A DNA stretch of 64,000 bases from assembly GCF_009914755.1 (NCBI RefSeq), contig NC_060925.1; one strand, 5' to 3'. The DNA is from the human T2T-CHM13v2.0 reference genome, Homo sapiens. The position numbers were made by a program, and so were the translations under genes. The notes beneath the pieces are model-generated. The model was not told where the DNA came from. It ran no database searches and saw only the letters and a program-made list of their open reading frames with translations. Positions 1-14,200 of the stretch are shown piece after piece. Positions within the stretch are counted from its first letter, which is position 1. Each line of letters begins with the position of its first letter.

Positions 1-260
1 GGACTAATCAGGTTTTCTTTCTCTCTCGGGAATTTAAACTAAAGGGATATAGTTGATGTCCTGAAAGGTCACGCAGAGATGGGGCTGTGGTAGTCATTAT
101 GAGGTAGCTGAGGGTCAGAAGAAGCCAACCAGGTAAAAATGAACCAACGGGATACAAAGAGAAGTAGATAAACATGAAAGGGAAATACCAGAGAAATTCC
201 TAATACTACCTTAGTTCCTGTTCATTCTGGGACCTCACAGTTTAATTCTTTGATTCCCAT
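1..260. mobile_element. Old MaLR/ERVL-type LTR fragment (tentative)
   Basis: Loose similarity to MLT1/LTR33-like sequence. Confidence 0.3.
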
Positions 261-489
261 CAAAATTCTAGGTATTACAGTAACTCTCTTTTAGTATAAC
301 AAACATCAATATTTTTAATATTTTTGAATATTAGAAAGGAGAAAAATATAAAGTGCATCTCTCATTCTAAAATACGGCAATAACCTCTATTATATATTAA
401 TATTGGTTCTTTATATGCTTTCAGAAAGTAAAAGTATTAAATAAATCCAATAACCTAATTTATATTCAGTTCATATTTATCCAACTTTA

Positions 490-975
490 ATATATTTCAT
501 TGAATCTGTTCATAATTTTAGGATACATAATTACTTAGTACACCACTAAAAAAGAATTAAACTATGACACAATGCTTCTTATCACATAAAATTTCCCTAC
601 AATATCACCTTCTGGGCCATCAAGACCATTCATGCCACAGCACTTAAGAGTACTGCAGTATCGTTTCTGGGATTTTCCTTCAAAGCTACTAACGTCATTC
701 TATAAATTTATATGCTGGTGCTTTCTTGATCTTACCAGATGGTATCAGCAGAAAGTTTCAGAAAACAACCAGGAAAACATTTAAAAACTCAACAGGTATA
801 GTACCAGCAATGCACAGAAGTCTGCTGAAGCACTGACAATGTGAAAGTCTATGATCAAGTGCACTCATGTGCAGGCCAGGTCAACTACTTCACAAGTGCT
901 TATAAGACACTATCCATTGCAAGATACACTGCAACTTTAGAAACATTAAAAATGTGAAAAACTGAAAAATTATGG
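490..975 (-). mobile_element. TcMar pogo/Tc2 (Kanga-like) DNA transposon fossil
   Basis: Minus strand near 600-660 translates LKCCGMNGLDGPEGD, resembling the pogo-type transposase C-terminus. Degenerate TIR-like ends tatttcattgaatct and aagacac...tgtgaaaa. Confidence 0.55.
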
Positions 976-1139
976 GAATAATTAAGTCTATCTTCTAGAA
1001 ATTAAGAAAATGGAAATCAATATAAATTTTTAGATATAAAAGTTAATGCCATATCAGTAAAAGGCATTATAATCTCAACAGAAATGTATGTTTTTTCCTG
1101 ATTTAAAAATGTACCTAAAATATATACATGTTTATATGA

Positions 1140-2100
1140 ATAGGTTAGTGTATATACATGATTACTTGCTTTTATTTAATTTAGATATATTGAAAAACAT
1201 TTCACATGAGCTCTCACTCTTTAATAGCTGTATGGCATACTGCTACATGTAAATATTACATATATAGCATTATATTATAGTTTACTATGTAGCCAATCTC
1301 TTATTTTTGAATAGATTGTTTCTAGCTTTTTATTATCATAAACAAAGCTACAATTAACACCCTTATACTACTTGCCCCTTTATCTTATTACTTCCTTGAA
1401 GTAGAAATTGCCGTTATTTCATAAGGTAGGTTTTACATATTTCTTGTTAGGTTTACTCCAAGGCGCTTTATATTTTTGCCATTATTATGAATGGGATTTT
1501 GTTTTCCGTAACATATTCTAGGATTTAAAACTGGTATATAGTAGGCACATAGGAAGTGGATTTCTTTTGATATAATAATCATATATCTAAACTTCTGAGC
1601 TTTTTTATTATTTTGTTTTGAATTTCCCAGATATAATACTCTATAATCTACAAATAACAAAAATTCTGAATTATCTTATCCAATATTCATACAATTTCCA
1701 TTATTCTATCTAATTGTATCAGTTTGCACTAACAGAACAACATCAGTTGTGGTGATGGGGACACTTTTGCTTTGTATATTAGGAAGTATTCACCTCTTCC
1801 TAACAGAAATATTGAATTTAATTGAATGACTTTCAGTCATTTTTAATGTCAACTGAAGAGATGATTGCACGGTATTTTCTTTAAATTTTTTCTAATATTT
1901 AAAGTACCCAGAAACAAAGAATATATAACATGAGGTTATAGCCAACAACCAGATATAAATAGTATACTGTATATATCCTTTTGTAACTTTGCTTTTTCCT
2001 CTTAATGTTATGTTCATTCCATTAAACCATCATGCAATATACCATTGTATGAATAAACCACAAACTATACATCCATCTCTACTAAGAAAAGTTTAGCTGT
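1140..2100 (-). mobile_element. Ancient L1M fragments
   Basis: T-rich, degenerate reverse L1 ORF2/3' sequence. Confidence 0.55.
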
Positions 2101-2195
2101 TTTAACTTTGGGGTTTAACGAATGTCAGATAATTATGTAGTTTCAAGCCTTCAAAATCATGTTGATGGTTAATATTTATTACATTATATACTTAC

Positions 2196-2285
2196 CAGTC
2201 TTTCACCACTGCTGTGACATTTACAGTCTATATCATTTGGACTCATAAACTAGATGAAACAAATATTCTTAGAACAAAGCTTCAC
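2196..2285 (-). other. LYST: LYST exon 2 (non-coding 5'UTR, 90 nt)
   Basis: Minus strand reads ttttttttgtag|GTGAAGCTTTGTTCTAAG...GTGGTGAAAGACTG|gtaagt, with a canonical acceptor and donor. Matches the LYST mRNA 5'UTR as I recall it. Confidence 0.93.
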
Positions 2286-3020
2286 CTACAAAAAAAAAGA
2301 CATATTAATCACAATAGTAAACCACAAATAATTTTAACAAAGTTGTGACATAATCAGTGGCCAGTCTTCATACATGATGTATGAAACCACCAATGAAATT
2401 TTTAGATCTTAGGAGCACACTAAAAAAATGCCTACTTCAAGAATTCCTCTTGAGAGGGAATCTTGGAACATAGTGATCTGAAAAAGCAACTCAATAATAG
2501 CTCTCTACTTTTCCTCTTCCAGTTCTTAACTTAAAACCTCCAGGTAAATCACAAGTTAACTGCAAAGGAGAATTAGACCAGTCTTCTTAACACTAGAATC
2601 TAGGAGGCAGCGGAATATCTAAATACTATCAAGACAAAAAGGTTTTCAACTCAGAGTTCCTAGGTACAGCCATTACTTTCCTGTTAGGATGAAAGGTATT
2701 TGAGGATACATAAGAACTTAGACAATACCAAAGCCAAACATTAATTTATTAATCACCATCAAATTTCATATCTTTATTGAAGTTTTTAAATGAATTAATC
2801 TTTTGAGTAGAATATAATGAAGGTTATTTCTAGAAGACTAAAGGATAAATTTCTATTTCTGGGATAGCAACAGGATATTTCTCTTTAGTTACCTGCTCTC
2901 CCCTTCTCTACAGTGCTTACCAGGAAGAAGCATGAAGAATGTTTCCTTATCATAGTTATGCGGCAAACATGAAGATATTTTGAATTATAAGTTTTAAAAT
3001 CAGATTGATTTTTAAAATTA

Positions 3021-3155
3021 TTTTTATTTAAAAAAAAATGAGATGGGGTCTTGCTGTGTTGCCCAGGCTAGTCTTGGACTCCTGAGCTCAAGTGATCTGC
3101 CCACCTCGGCCTCCCAAAGTACTGGGATTACAGGCGTGAGCCACTGTACCTGGCC
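3021..3155 (-). mobile_element. FLAM/Alu left monomer
   Basis: Single Alu monomer sequence. Confidence 0.85.
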
Positions 3156-3524
3156 CAGGAGTGATCTTTAATTACTTCAAAATGCTCAAATCTGGAAAAC
3201 TGTCTTAAGTTTCTTTCAGCTTGCCAACCAGTTCTTGTACCACACATTATTCTAGGCACTTGAAGATAAACCAGGCAGAAAACAGCTGTGTTAGACAATG
3301 CAGGGCTTTGTGTGAATTAGGAAAAAACATCCCTTCCTGATGGGTGCAGCTCCACACAGCAGGGCACACAGCTATCAAAGCACAGGGTATATTTCAGTCT
3401 CACCCCCTCATTCCTCTGGCAGAGCACCAGAAAGCAGTATATCAACGGCTCAACCAAGTGGAACAGCCCTGGAATAGAGTCCTAACACACCTTCCATACC
3501 TGTTCCTGCTGCCTCCTGAGCTAA

Positions 3525-3878
<354 letters not shown>

Positions 3879-5624
3879 TAAAATAAAATTATGGAAGGGA
3901 AATTATGGATCAAACTGTAAGCCTAAAGATGGTATTATATTAGCTGCTCTGACTACTACCACCCTCCAGCTTGGACTACCACAAGGTAGAGCCATCTATC
4001 TTGCAATGCTAAGATGATTCCAGCTAACTCAGCGTGGCCGTAAGAAGTGAAAGCTGGCAGCTGGTCAGCTAGATCCGTCTGTTTCTCTTATCGAGGGACA
4101 TTTTCTAGGCCAAGCTGAGGGATTTCTCTAATGCTCTTAAACTGGCATGGCTTCTTTATCTCTGTAGTTTACAAAGCCTCACTTGAATATCTATGCAGTT
4201 TCATTTTATCCAAGATCATAATTCTAACCACCAGCACAGTCACATGTGTCCTCCTTGAGTCTGCCAGCACTCTTTATACACACCTGTATTCTAATTTTTA
4301 TCATCCTGTATCATTCTAGGTGTCCAGAACATCTGGAAGTATAGATACATTTTTAATAATGATGCCCTTAGCCCATTATATATTTGCCTCTGTTTCCAAA
4401 CTACATAGACACACCCTGTAGTTACTTATCTATGACTGTTTCACCCTCTAGGTCACAAGTTACTTAAGGCCAGGGACCCTGTCTTATTACTTTTTACCTT
4501 TCATAGCTATAATGCCCAATTTTAAATCTAACTTTATCACTATAATTTCAATTTCTAATACAACAATTGTTATAATGTCATAACAAAGAAAACTTGCCCC
4601 AACGATATTCGTAGAATTTTTATATCCTTAGCATTTACCGTAAATGAAAAACATAGTAACAAATGCCTATAATCATATAAATGACCTTCTCAGAAAAATA
4701 ATGTTTCACTTTTTCCTCATATAGTGACTGGTAAAATGTAAAATATGAACAAGCAAAAACAAAACATACATACACAAACACTGATTTAATGTATTAGCTA
4801 CCTCTCATTTTATGTCATCAGAAGTTTCATCAATATGCCATTTAATTCAACAAATGTTATTGAACATTTACTGTATGTGAGCTACTAATTTATGCACTGA
4901 GTTTAGAGCAGAATCAAAATCCTTACCATCATGTATTATCGTGAGGTAGAGACAGATGAAAAGCAAACATACACTATAATGTCAGGTCATGTTAATTCGA
5001 TGAAAAAGTAAAACAAAGTAAGGGTATAGAGTGACAGGAATGCTGTTTCAGATAGGATGGACAAGGAAGGTCTGAAGCAGTAATATTTGAGCAAAAACTT
5101 GAATGGAATAAGTAAATGGACCATGTGGGTATCTGGGAAACGTGTGTTCCAAGCCACTGAGATAAATGTATGCTGGATGTACGGGATATTGAGTGCAAGA
5201 GGACAAGAGGTAAAAAATAATTGCAAAGAAAAAGTGAGAAAAGTCAACCCATTCTTCCTTCTCAGGAACTAAAGTAAGCATGGAAAGAGGAAATAGAAGT
5301 GTTCCCCTGAAACCATTTCTCCCCAAGAATGCAAGTCCCTCCCAATGCCCACCCAAAAAAGACTATAAGGTTTTTTAGCCTGTGTGAAGAATAGTACTGT
5401 TTACTGATAGGTAAGACTGACATAAGAACAGTTGTGAGGGAAAATAACGTTCAGTTTTAGCTATGTTAGGTGTGATAGGTTTCTTAGAAATTAAGTAATC
5501 AAGTAGGCAGCTGAAGATCAAAACAGGCAGGGAAGCTGGAACTAGCGAATCAATTTGGGAATCATCAGGATATCATCAATAAATTTTTAAAGCCATGGAA
5601 CTAGACAGATGAAATAACCCAGAG

Positions 5625-5715
5625 CAGTGCTGTTCACCGGAGCTTTCTGAGACGATGAGCCTGTTCTATAATTTCTGCCACACAATATAGCAGACAAAAG
5701 CCACATGTGGCTAGG
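5625..5715. mobile_element. MER3-like hAT fragment
   Basis: cagtgctgttc...agccacatgtggcta. Confidence 0.55.
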
Positions 5716-5961
5716 GGCTACTATAATGAACAGCGAGGACCTAGAGAATGAGTGTAAGGGAGCAGAGAAGAGGTTTTACAACTGAGCCCTGGGCTTAGCA
5801 TGGCTGAGTCAATGGAGAGGGTAAGTATCCAACACAGGAGACTGAGAAGGAACAGCAAGTGAGGCAGGAGAAAAATCAGGTGAGTGGTATCTCCCAGAAA
5901 CCAGGTGAAGAAAGCTTGAAACAGAAAAGAGTAACCAATGCTATCAAAAATTCTGAGAGAA

Positions 5962-6260
5962 AGCTGGCGGGTGCAGTGGCTCAAGCCTGTAATCAGAGCA
6001 CTTTGGGAAGGTGAGGTAGGCTAATCACTTGAGGCCAGGAGTTCAAGACCAGCCTGGGCAACATGGCGAAATCCCATCTCTACTAAAAATACAAAAATTA
6101 GCCGGCATGGTGGTGCACACCTGTAATCCTAGCTACTTGGGAGGATGAGGTATGAGAACTGCTTGAACCTGAAAGGGGGAGGTTGCAGTGAGCTGAGATT
6201 GAGCCACCGCATACCAGCCTGGGTAAGAGTGAGACCCTGTTTCAAAAAAAAAAAAAAAGA
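5962..6260 (+). mobile_element. Alu (J/S)
   Basis: Full dimer, A-tail, aattctgaga TSD. Confidence 0.92.
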
Positions 6261-7610
6261 ATTCTGAGAAGTTAAGTTAAGTAAGATGAAGACTGGGAAT
6301 TGACTGCTGGATTTAGCAACATGGAAGTTACTGACAATCTTTTCAAAGAATGGTCTTGGTGGGGTGGAAAAGAGTGGTGAGGAAATGAAGGCAAGCAATT
6401 TAAACAGCTCTTTTGAGAAGTTCTGCCACAAAGCATGCAAGGGAACGGGTGATGGCTTGAGGAGGACATGAGATAAGTGAGGTTAAAAAAAAACCTGATT
6501 AATATTATAGCTTGTTTCTAAGCTGAAACATAGTATGTTTCTCTAACAGAGAAAGGAAAATAGATGAAAAACTAGAATGAGAAGAGAGAATTCTAGGAAC
6601 AATGAGTAGGCAAAACGAAGAAGACCAACATACAAGTGGAAGGAACAGTGGCAGTTCATCTAATTGAATAAGAAGAATGTCAGAGAATACGAGTATAGAT
6701 GTAGGAAGATTAGTATATTTGGCAATAGGAGGACCAAGAATTTTTTTCAGGTGCTTCTATTTTCTTGGTGCAATAAACAGCAAGACTGCCAGCTGAGAGT
6801 GAGAAGTGGGAAGGAGGTGTTAAACTGATGAGTGTAACAGGGTCAAAAAACAGCAGCCCATAAGAGACTTCCTGCCAGGCTGCCAATGAGTAACTAAATC
6901 AAGATTGAGTTCCATTGTTCAATAACTATACCCATACTATAATCCAACTCTCCTTCATGTTCCCAAGTATAGAATGGTGGACTGTCAAATACTCCATGGG
7001 AATCTAGATATATTACAGCTGCAGCATTCTCCTAATCTGTAAATGTAGACTCTATAGGTAGAAACTGGGTTATCTGGAATGAATTCTTAGAAAGCCCACA
7101 TAGCCTTTATTGCTCATCTTTTCTTTAAGTATAATATTTGAAAATCTTTAAAAATGATCTCTAGAGTCTTTTGTGGAAGTAACATCAAGTTTACAAAAAT
7201 CTATGGAAGCTACATTTTTTTAAATTTTAGAACATTATTCCTCCACAGGCTTCTACAAGTTTTCACATTTCACTATAATTACTCAAAGATTATTAGTTGA
7301 GCAATGACATTAACAAATGTTCTCAGAATCTGACCGTGAGATGTGAATTCATTTTAGAGCATCCAGAGTTCTGATACAATCTCCTCCCCAATCTTGGGCT
7401 TCAATTTTCTCCTCTTATTTTTCTCACTTGTACCCTTCTTAGTCTGTGTGTAGATCATTCTCCATGTCAGAGAAGAGAAGAAAGCTAAGAAATTTCATTT
7501 GTTCTCTGTATCTGATTATTGGGTCCATTTGTTGGTAAGAATCTATTATTTATTTGTCATACTCATTCTCTCTCTCTCCCCCTACTGCCCTATCCCCCAC
7601 CCCTGCGCCC

Positions 7611-7742
7611 TTTCTTTCTTTTTGTAGAGACAGGGTCTCACCATGTTGTCCAGGCTGGTCTCGAACTTCTGGGCTCAAGTGAACCTCCCGCCTTGACTTC
7701 CCAAAGTGTTGGGATTACAGGCGTGAGCCACTGCACCTGGCC
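7611..7742 (-). mobile_element. FLAM_C-like monomer
   Basis: Single Alu monomer. Confidence 0.85.
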
Positions 7743-7882
7743 TCATTTTCGTTCTCTACATATAAAATGTAAAAGGTCAGCCCAACTTTTTCAAAATCTT
7801 AGCTCATTATTCTACCAGGACTGTGTTCCTATTCTATAGGTTTTATATGTGTGGGTGTATGTGTGCATATATATATATACAG

Positions 7883-8075
7883 TTTTTTTTTTTGAGACAG
7901 AATCTCGCTCTGTCGCCCAGGATGGAGTGCAGTGGCATGATCTCAGCTCACTGCAACCTCCACCTCCCAGGTTCAAGTTGGCCAGGCTGATCTCAAACTC
8001 CTGACCTCAGGTAATCCGCCCACCTCCACCCTTCCAAAGTGCTGGGATTACAGGCGTGATCCACTGCACACGACC
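7883..8075 (-). mobile_element. AluS with internal deletion
   Basis: Right arm joins left arm directly at ggttcaag|ttggccagg (7977/7978); the linker is missing. Confidence 0.88.
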
Positions 8076-8114
8076 ATTTGGTTTCATATCCTTCTTTCTT
8101 TCTTGTGCACATTA

Positions 8115-8488
<374 letters not shown>

Positions 8489-8699
8489 TCATCAGTTCAT
8501 GTGGCCACGTTCCCTCTCCCTTTCCTTCACATATTATTTCCAATTGTTCAGTAGAGATACTGCCTATTATCACCTTGTAACCACTTTCCCTTCAAGAGAC
8601 TATCTCTGGCATCTTACCTACCTTTTCTTCGAATTTTAGGAACTCTGTACTCCAATTCTCTATATTCCGGCTTTGTTCCATATTCCTCTTCCTGCTTAT

Positions 8700-11230
8700 T
8701 AGTCTGCCAGCTATCATTTACAAAACAACCACTTTGTATCAGACACTAAGAACATAAAGTAATTCCAGTCTCTGCCCTCAAGAAGATTACATTACGGTGG
8801 CAAAGGCAAATCAATATATAGGGTACTATGTACTGCTAAGGGGCACTTAACCCAATTTGAGTGGCCAGGGAAGCTTCATGAAGAATAAATTGAAGTTGTA
8901 CAGGTAAAGGGAGAAAAGAAGGGAAGAAAAGCATTAGAGATGGAAACAGCAGCTCAAGTTGTCACTGAAGAAATTACAGTAAGTTTGGTATCACAACTAC
9001 AAAATGAGAAACAGGAAAAGTGAGGATGGAGGGAGTGGCTGGCAAAGACCAGATGGTGAAAGGCTTTTGTACACTATGCTAAGAACCTTGGGCTTTAATC
9101 TATTGGCTAGTGAGTCTTATCAGAATCACCTATAGAGTTTGTCTAGGCCCCATGATCAGAGAACCTAATCTGCTAAACCCACAGCAAGACCTAAACATCG
9201 GTATTTTTAACAAGCTTCATAGGTGATTCTAATGAACAGTCAGGGCTGAGACTCACTGCTACAGGTGACAGGAAGCCCATGAATTATTTTGAACATGTGA
9301 GTGGCATGGTCAATCTTGAACACATAGGTCATTCTAGTGGCAATGTGGAAGACACATTTTATGGAGAAAACTCTAGCTGCATGAAAACCAATTTGGAGAC
9401 TGGCGTCATACTCCAAGCAAATGGTAAGGATATTTTTTTCTAAAGCAACAGTAGAATAATATAATTTTATTAAATATCCAAGAATTAAAATGAGCACAAT
9501 TTTGGTGATTAATTGGATGGAGAAGTGAGTGGTAAGGGAGGGATCAGGACAACTCTCTGAATACTGGCTTGGTTAACTGGATAAATGGTACTGTCACCTG
9601 CGAAGAACACACAAGAAGAACTGAGGCACGTGTGCAGAGTCTGCTGTCAGGGCAAAACCACTCCACACCAGGTGAGCTGAGTCCTCTGTCTATTAGGCCA
9701 GTGACTAACTTCTTTACAGTGACTACTGAGACTAAATCCACCATGCCTTTCATTCCAATTTCAGCAATGCTCAAAATGTATACCTTCTCAACAACTATCC
9801 TTAACTCCATCTCATGGTTTCCAATACCAGACCGAATAAGGAAATAGCAAGTATAGACTCTCCTGAGAAGGCAGGATTAGAAAAGAAAAACAGAAAATAG
9901 AGAGGAGCTGGAGAAGGAGGCATAGGTTAAGGAATTTTTTTTTTCAAGTATTTGTATTTTTTAAAGAATTGGAAGAACCGTATTTTTAGGCTATAAGAAA
10001 TAAGAGGTGGTGCGGCGTGGCCAGCCATCTCCTATCAGCTCTGATTGTGTGTACTTCTTCCCAGCATCACTGGCACCATGTTGGTAGCTTAAAATCATCA
10101 TGGTGAGAGTATTTCCATCATGGAAATGGGCAAATGCTACACATTAGGGTCTTTTTTGTTTCTTTCTCCAGGAGAGCCACTTTACTAGCATACCACTGCA
10201 GCCAGCACAAGGGAAGATACTGAAGACAGGGGCAAGAGAACGAATGAATGAAGGACAAAATTCATGGAGAAAATAAGTGTGGATTGGATCAAGGGTATAG
10301 GTGAAGAGGTTAGGCTGGGGCGGGGAAGCAGGAGGGGACACATCATCCTCTGAGGCTGAGGGAAAGGAGGTAAGGAGAATTGCAGATATAGAAAACAGGT
10401 GGAAGGCCAGAAACTGAGGGAGCTCAAGAATGACTGGCTCAATTTTTTCATTCAAGTAATAGGCAAAGTTGTCTGCTTAAAGAAGAGAGTCTAGAGATTG
10501 GGGGCTAAAGGCTAAGTAATTTAGAATAATTATTGGAAGAATAGTCAAATGGGGGAAAGTAGTGATGACAGACAAAATAATTTACTGGTTGGCTACTAGC
10601 TTAGCAGAGGTGGAAAACCATGAATTTCTGGTGGTATGGATTTTTTCAGCTATTTCAGATTCACCAGCAGGATTCAGCTGCTTGGGTCTAATAATAGACA
10701 GTGCAGACTGTTATCACTGATCTGGAAATGGGAGTTTTGGTGGGTGGAGGCAGCAGAAGCATAAGTGAAGGGGACCCAAGGGTATGGGTGGAAGAACAGT
10801 CCTTATGGCCAAAAATGAGACACAGACTGGGTAGGAAAAAGAAAGAGGCCAGGAAAATAAATGTTGATAGACAAGCAGAAAATCCAGGCAATCAAGGAAG
10901 TGTGGATCTCTACCAGACTGAAGAGTACACAATGTGGGAATGAAGATGTTAGAATTTTTAGATTTCTGAAACAAGCGGTCCCAGATGACAACATCCACAG
11001 TGTGGCCCTGCAAGCAGATGTCTAAAGTGAAGTGAAAGTTAAGGTCCTTGCAGTTAAGTAACCATGAAGCTAGTATTTTTGGACAACAGATCATTGTAAG
11101 TTCTTAAAATGAAAGCCCTATAATGACAGAGATTTTGTCTGTTGTATTCACTGCTAAATCTCTAGCATCTAGAACAGAACACAGCTAACAGCAGGCATTC
11201 GATTCTACTCATTTGCTGAATGAATGGCGT
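8700..11230. mobile_element. L2 fragments with embedded MER5-like (~9110-9260) and MER63-like (~10010-10205) hAT elements
   Basis: Degenerate L2 text. MER5 motif aacaagcttcataggtgattctaatg. MER63-like end tactagcataccactg. Confidence 0.55.
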
Positions 11231-14200
11231 GGCCTCTCTCTCAGGATTTTCATTAGGTTAACTTGTCTAATTAAGCCCCTCGTAGTCAAGTTAGGTCAAA
11301 GATAGACTCAAGAGTACTGGTTCCCTGGATTATTTCCTTTACCTTCTGGAAATGAAATGGTCACTAAAGTCAGTCAACAGTGGCTCTGCTTTCATTGAAT
11401 GAGACTTCCTGCAGACATCTGGATAGTTAACTTTGATATCTTAGCTCTGTTCCAGTTCTGTGATTAATTTCCACAACTTATTATCCACCTAAAAGATTAC
11501 AGAATTAAGCTATCACCCTCAGTCTTGTGGATTTTCATGCATTTATCTTCTTGACACAGAGAACTACTACACCCGCCCCTCACAGCAAGTCATGACCACA
11601 TATATTCTTCACTTTTAGGGCAGCTCCTCATATAATGGCATTTTTAGATGCCTTGTCATGTCTGTGTTCTAGACAATGCTACCAAGGACATTACATGTAC
11701 CACTGAAAATAAAATCTCAAGCTCAACAACAGGGCAAGAAATGGTCCCTAGGTGGCTGAGTTTCCTTTTCAATAAATATCAAATAGCCAGTGGCCACAGT
11801 GATAAGAAGGGAAAGGGGTCCATTGTGCTACAGTTCCCTTTTTCATAAATTCATTAATTCCAATATTTATTAAGTAAATATTTTAATAGATATTTATTAA
11901 TATGCTCCAGCTCATTCTATTTTCACTATTTATGAATCTGTTCTGAATAGTGGGATATACATACAGTAGGCATCATGACAGTAGTGAAATAGGACCCAGA
12001 AGCCGCAGATCAGGAATCTAGCAATTACTAGCTAGTCACACAGAGCTGTGTGAAGTTTGGCTGCCTCTTCCATAAACTACCCCACAGAGTTGCTATGTGG
12101 AGCCTAAGAAATTATATAACCTCAGTAAACATTGTTGACAAATTTTATAGCTCTATGTAAATGCTCAGTACTAGCTGCACACCTTATGACAGACAGTGCC
12201 ATCTGAAGGAAGAAAAAGATCACTGCAAGCTTTCCTCAGATCAGTGTGAGGAAAATGATGTTCTGTTTCATAACGCTATTTCCAGGGAAGCACTGAAAAA
12301 AAAAATAGGAAGTCCCTGTATTTTCTGCTTTTTCCTTGTCTTGTGGCTTCCACAAGAAAAAAAAGAAGTAAAAGGAAAAAACAACAAAAAAGGTTATAAT
12401 AATGATATTTATTCTTATAGGTTGATTAGAAAGCATACTTTTTCCTCATCAAACAGTAACACCCAAAAGACTTGTTAGTCTTTCACCAAATGCCAAAAAA
12501 TCCTGGAAAATTCCCTTTTAAAGTAACACTACGTGCTTGCCTAATTTTCTCAATTCAATAGTATTAGAGAAGTTGCCATTGGAAAGACTTTTTTTCAAAA
12601 ATGTTATGTGCCAAAGAGGAGACTGTGATAAATCAGGGTTATTTTAAGAATTAGGCAAAATAATGTACAGAATAATAAGTGCCCAATAAATTCTGTTAAA
12701 TCAAAATCTGCCATGATTTGAAGCAGCCTTCTTGAAAATAAAGGTTAGTTTATATGGATTTAACTATTCTAAATCCCAGCTCTCCAGAGTTTAATATATA
12801 TTGATAGATTGATTAGCAACTTTCTCAAAGATCTCATATAGTCTTTACAACACATCAGTAAAAATAAAAAATCTTTATGAGAAAAAAGATAACACCATTT
12901 ATATCATTTCATAAATGACATGAATAAAGGAATAAACATGAATAACTTAGAATCTTATGTTGTCATAATGGCAGAAATTTTAGATATCATATTCTCTAAC
13001 CCCACATTCTACAGTTGAGAAAAACTGAGGCCTACAGGTCCAAGGTCACAGAAATGATTAGTCACTGGACTCTACTATCCCAGTTGTCTTGGAGTTACAT
13101 ATGTTTTGGGGGGTAATTAACTAAAACTGAAATAAGCAAGTTTAGAAGATACATAGCCTTTCTTCTTCTGTCGATTAGAAATTAGACAACAGGCAAAGGC
13201 GTTTCCCTAACACTAAATACTACCTCTAAATGGTATCCAGAACCTTTACTCAAGTCCACTGGATTGTAATACATACACCTGGAAACAAGATTTTTAAACC
13301 TCTCTCTACAAACTTTTTAGACTACAACACAGAACTATATGTCTGAAATGCAGGACACTGGTGGGGGGAAGGGGACCAAAGAGGGGGAGGGGGAAACTGC
13401 ACTTGTTCAGATTAATATAATTCTCTTTAAAGAATAAGCCAGTTAAAACATATCAGTTGAACTGTACAATATTTAAGCAAGAAAATATCTGTTAATCTAA
13501 GCTTTACTGTGTAACTTTTTAGTCAATACTAGATGTGTTAAGCAATAACCATCAGAATGATTCCTAACTAAAGAGAGGAGCTCCTGGGATCATGGCGAAG
13601 GGAGGCAGGACTAGATTGCAGCTCTGGACAGAGCAGCATGTGGTGGCTTGCATTGTGAATTTGAGCTCCAGATCCACTGCAAGAACAAACCAGCAATCCC
13701 GAGAGGACCCACAGACCCTCTGAAGGAAGCGGATTGCTCCTGCAGGCCCCAGGAGACCCCCAAATACTGTGAGTGCCCCAACTGTGCAAGTGGGAAAGGG
13801 AGACCCTCCTCTCCTGAACACACACCCCCACTGGAGAAGCTGAAGGTCTGTTTGCTGGAGAAGTTTCTGACCTTACCTGAGCTGAATCAAGTTAGAGAGC
13901 CAAGCCTAGTGAATTACAGGGGTAGAGAATGCAGCAGAAAGGCCCTGGGAGCTCCCTGGGTCCTTAAGTAGCCCATTCCTGCCTGGCACCACAAGGATCC
14001 ATTGGGAGGGTGGCTAGAGGAGCAGGGGGTAAAACCCCACAGGGAAAGGAATTCTCTAGCCTAACTTTCTAACAATTTGAACGCGGTGAGAAGCCTGCTG
14101 GCCAGAACTCCGGGGAGGGTGCAAATCCAGCTCGCAGACTTCACAGGTGGAAGGAAGAACTAAAGCCCTTTTCTTTCGTAGCTGAGAGGTGGATAGCCTC

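Larger units (their letters stand above)
4840..6830 (-). mobile_element. L2 fragments (interrupted by MER3-like and Alu)
   Basis: Reverse L2 3' end attcaacaaatgttattgaac followed by purine-rich L2 body. Confidence 0.65.
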
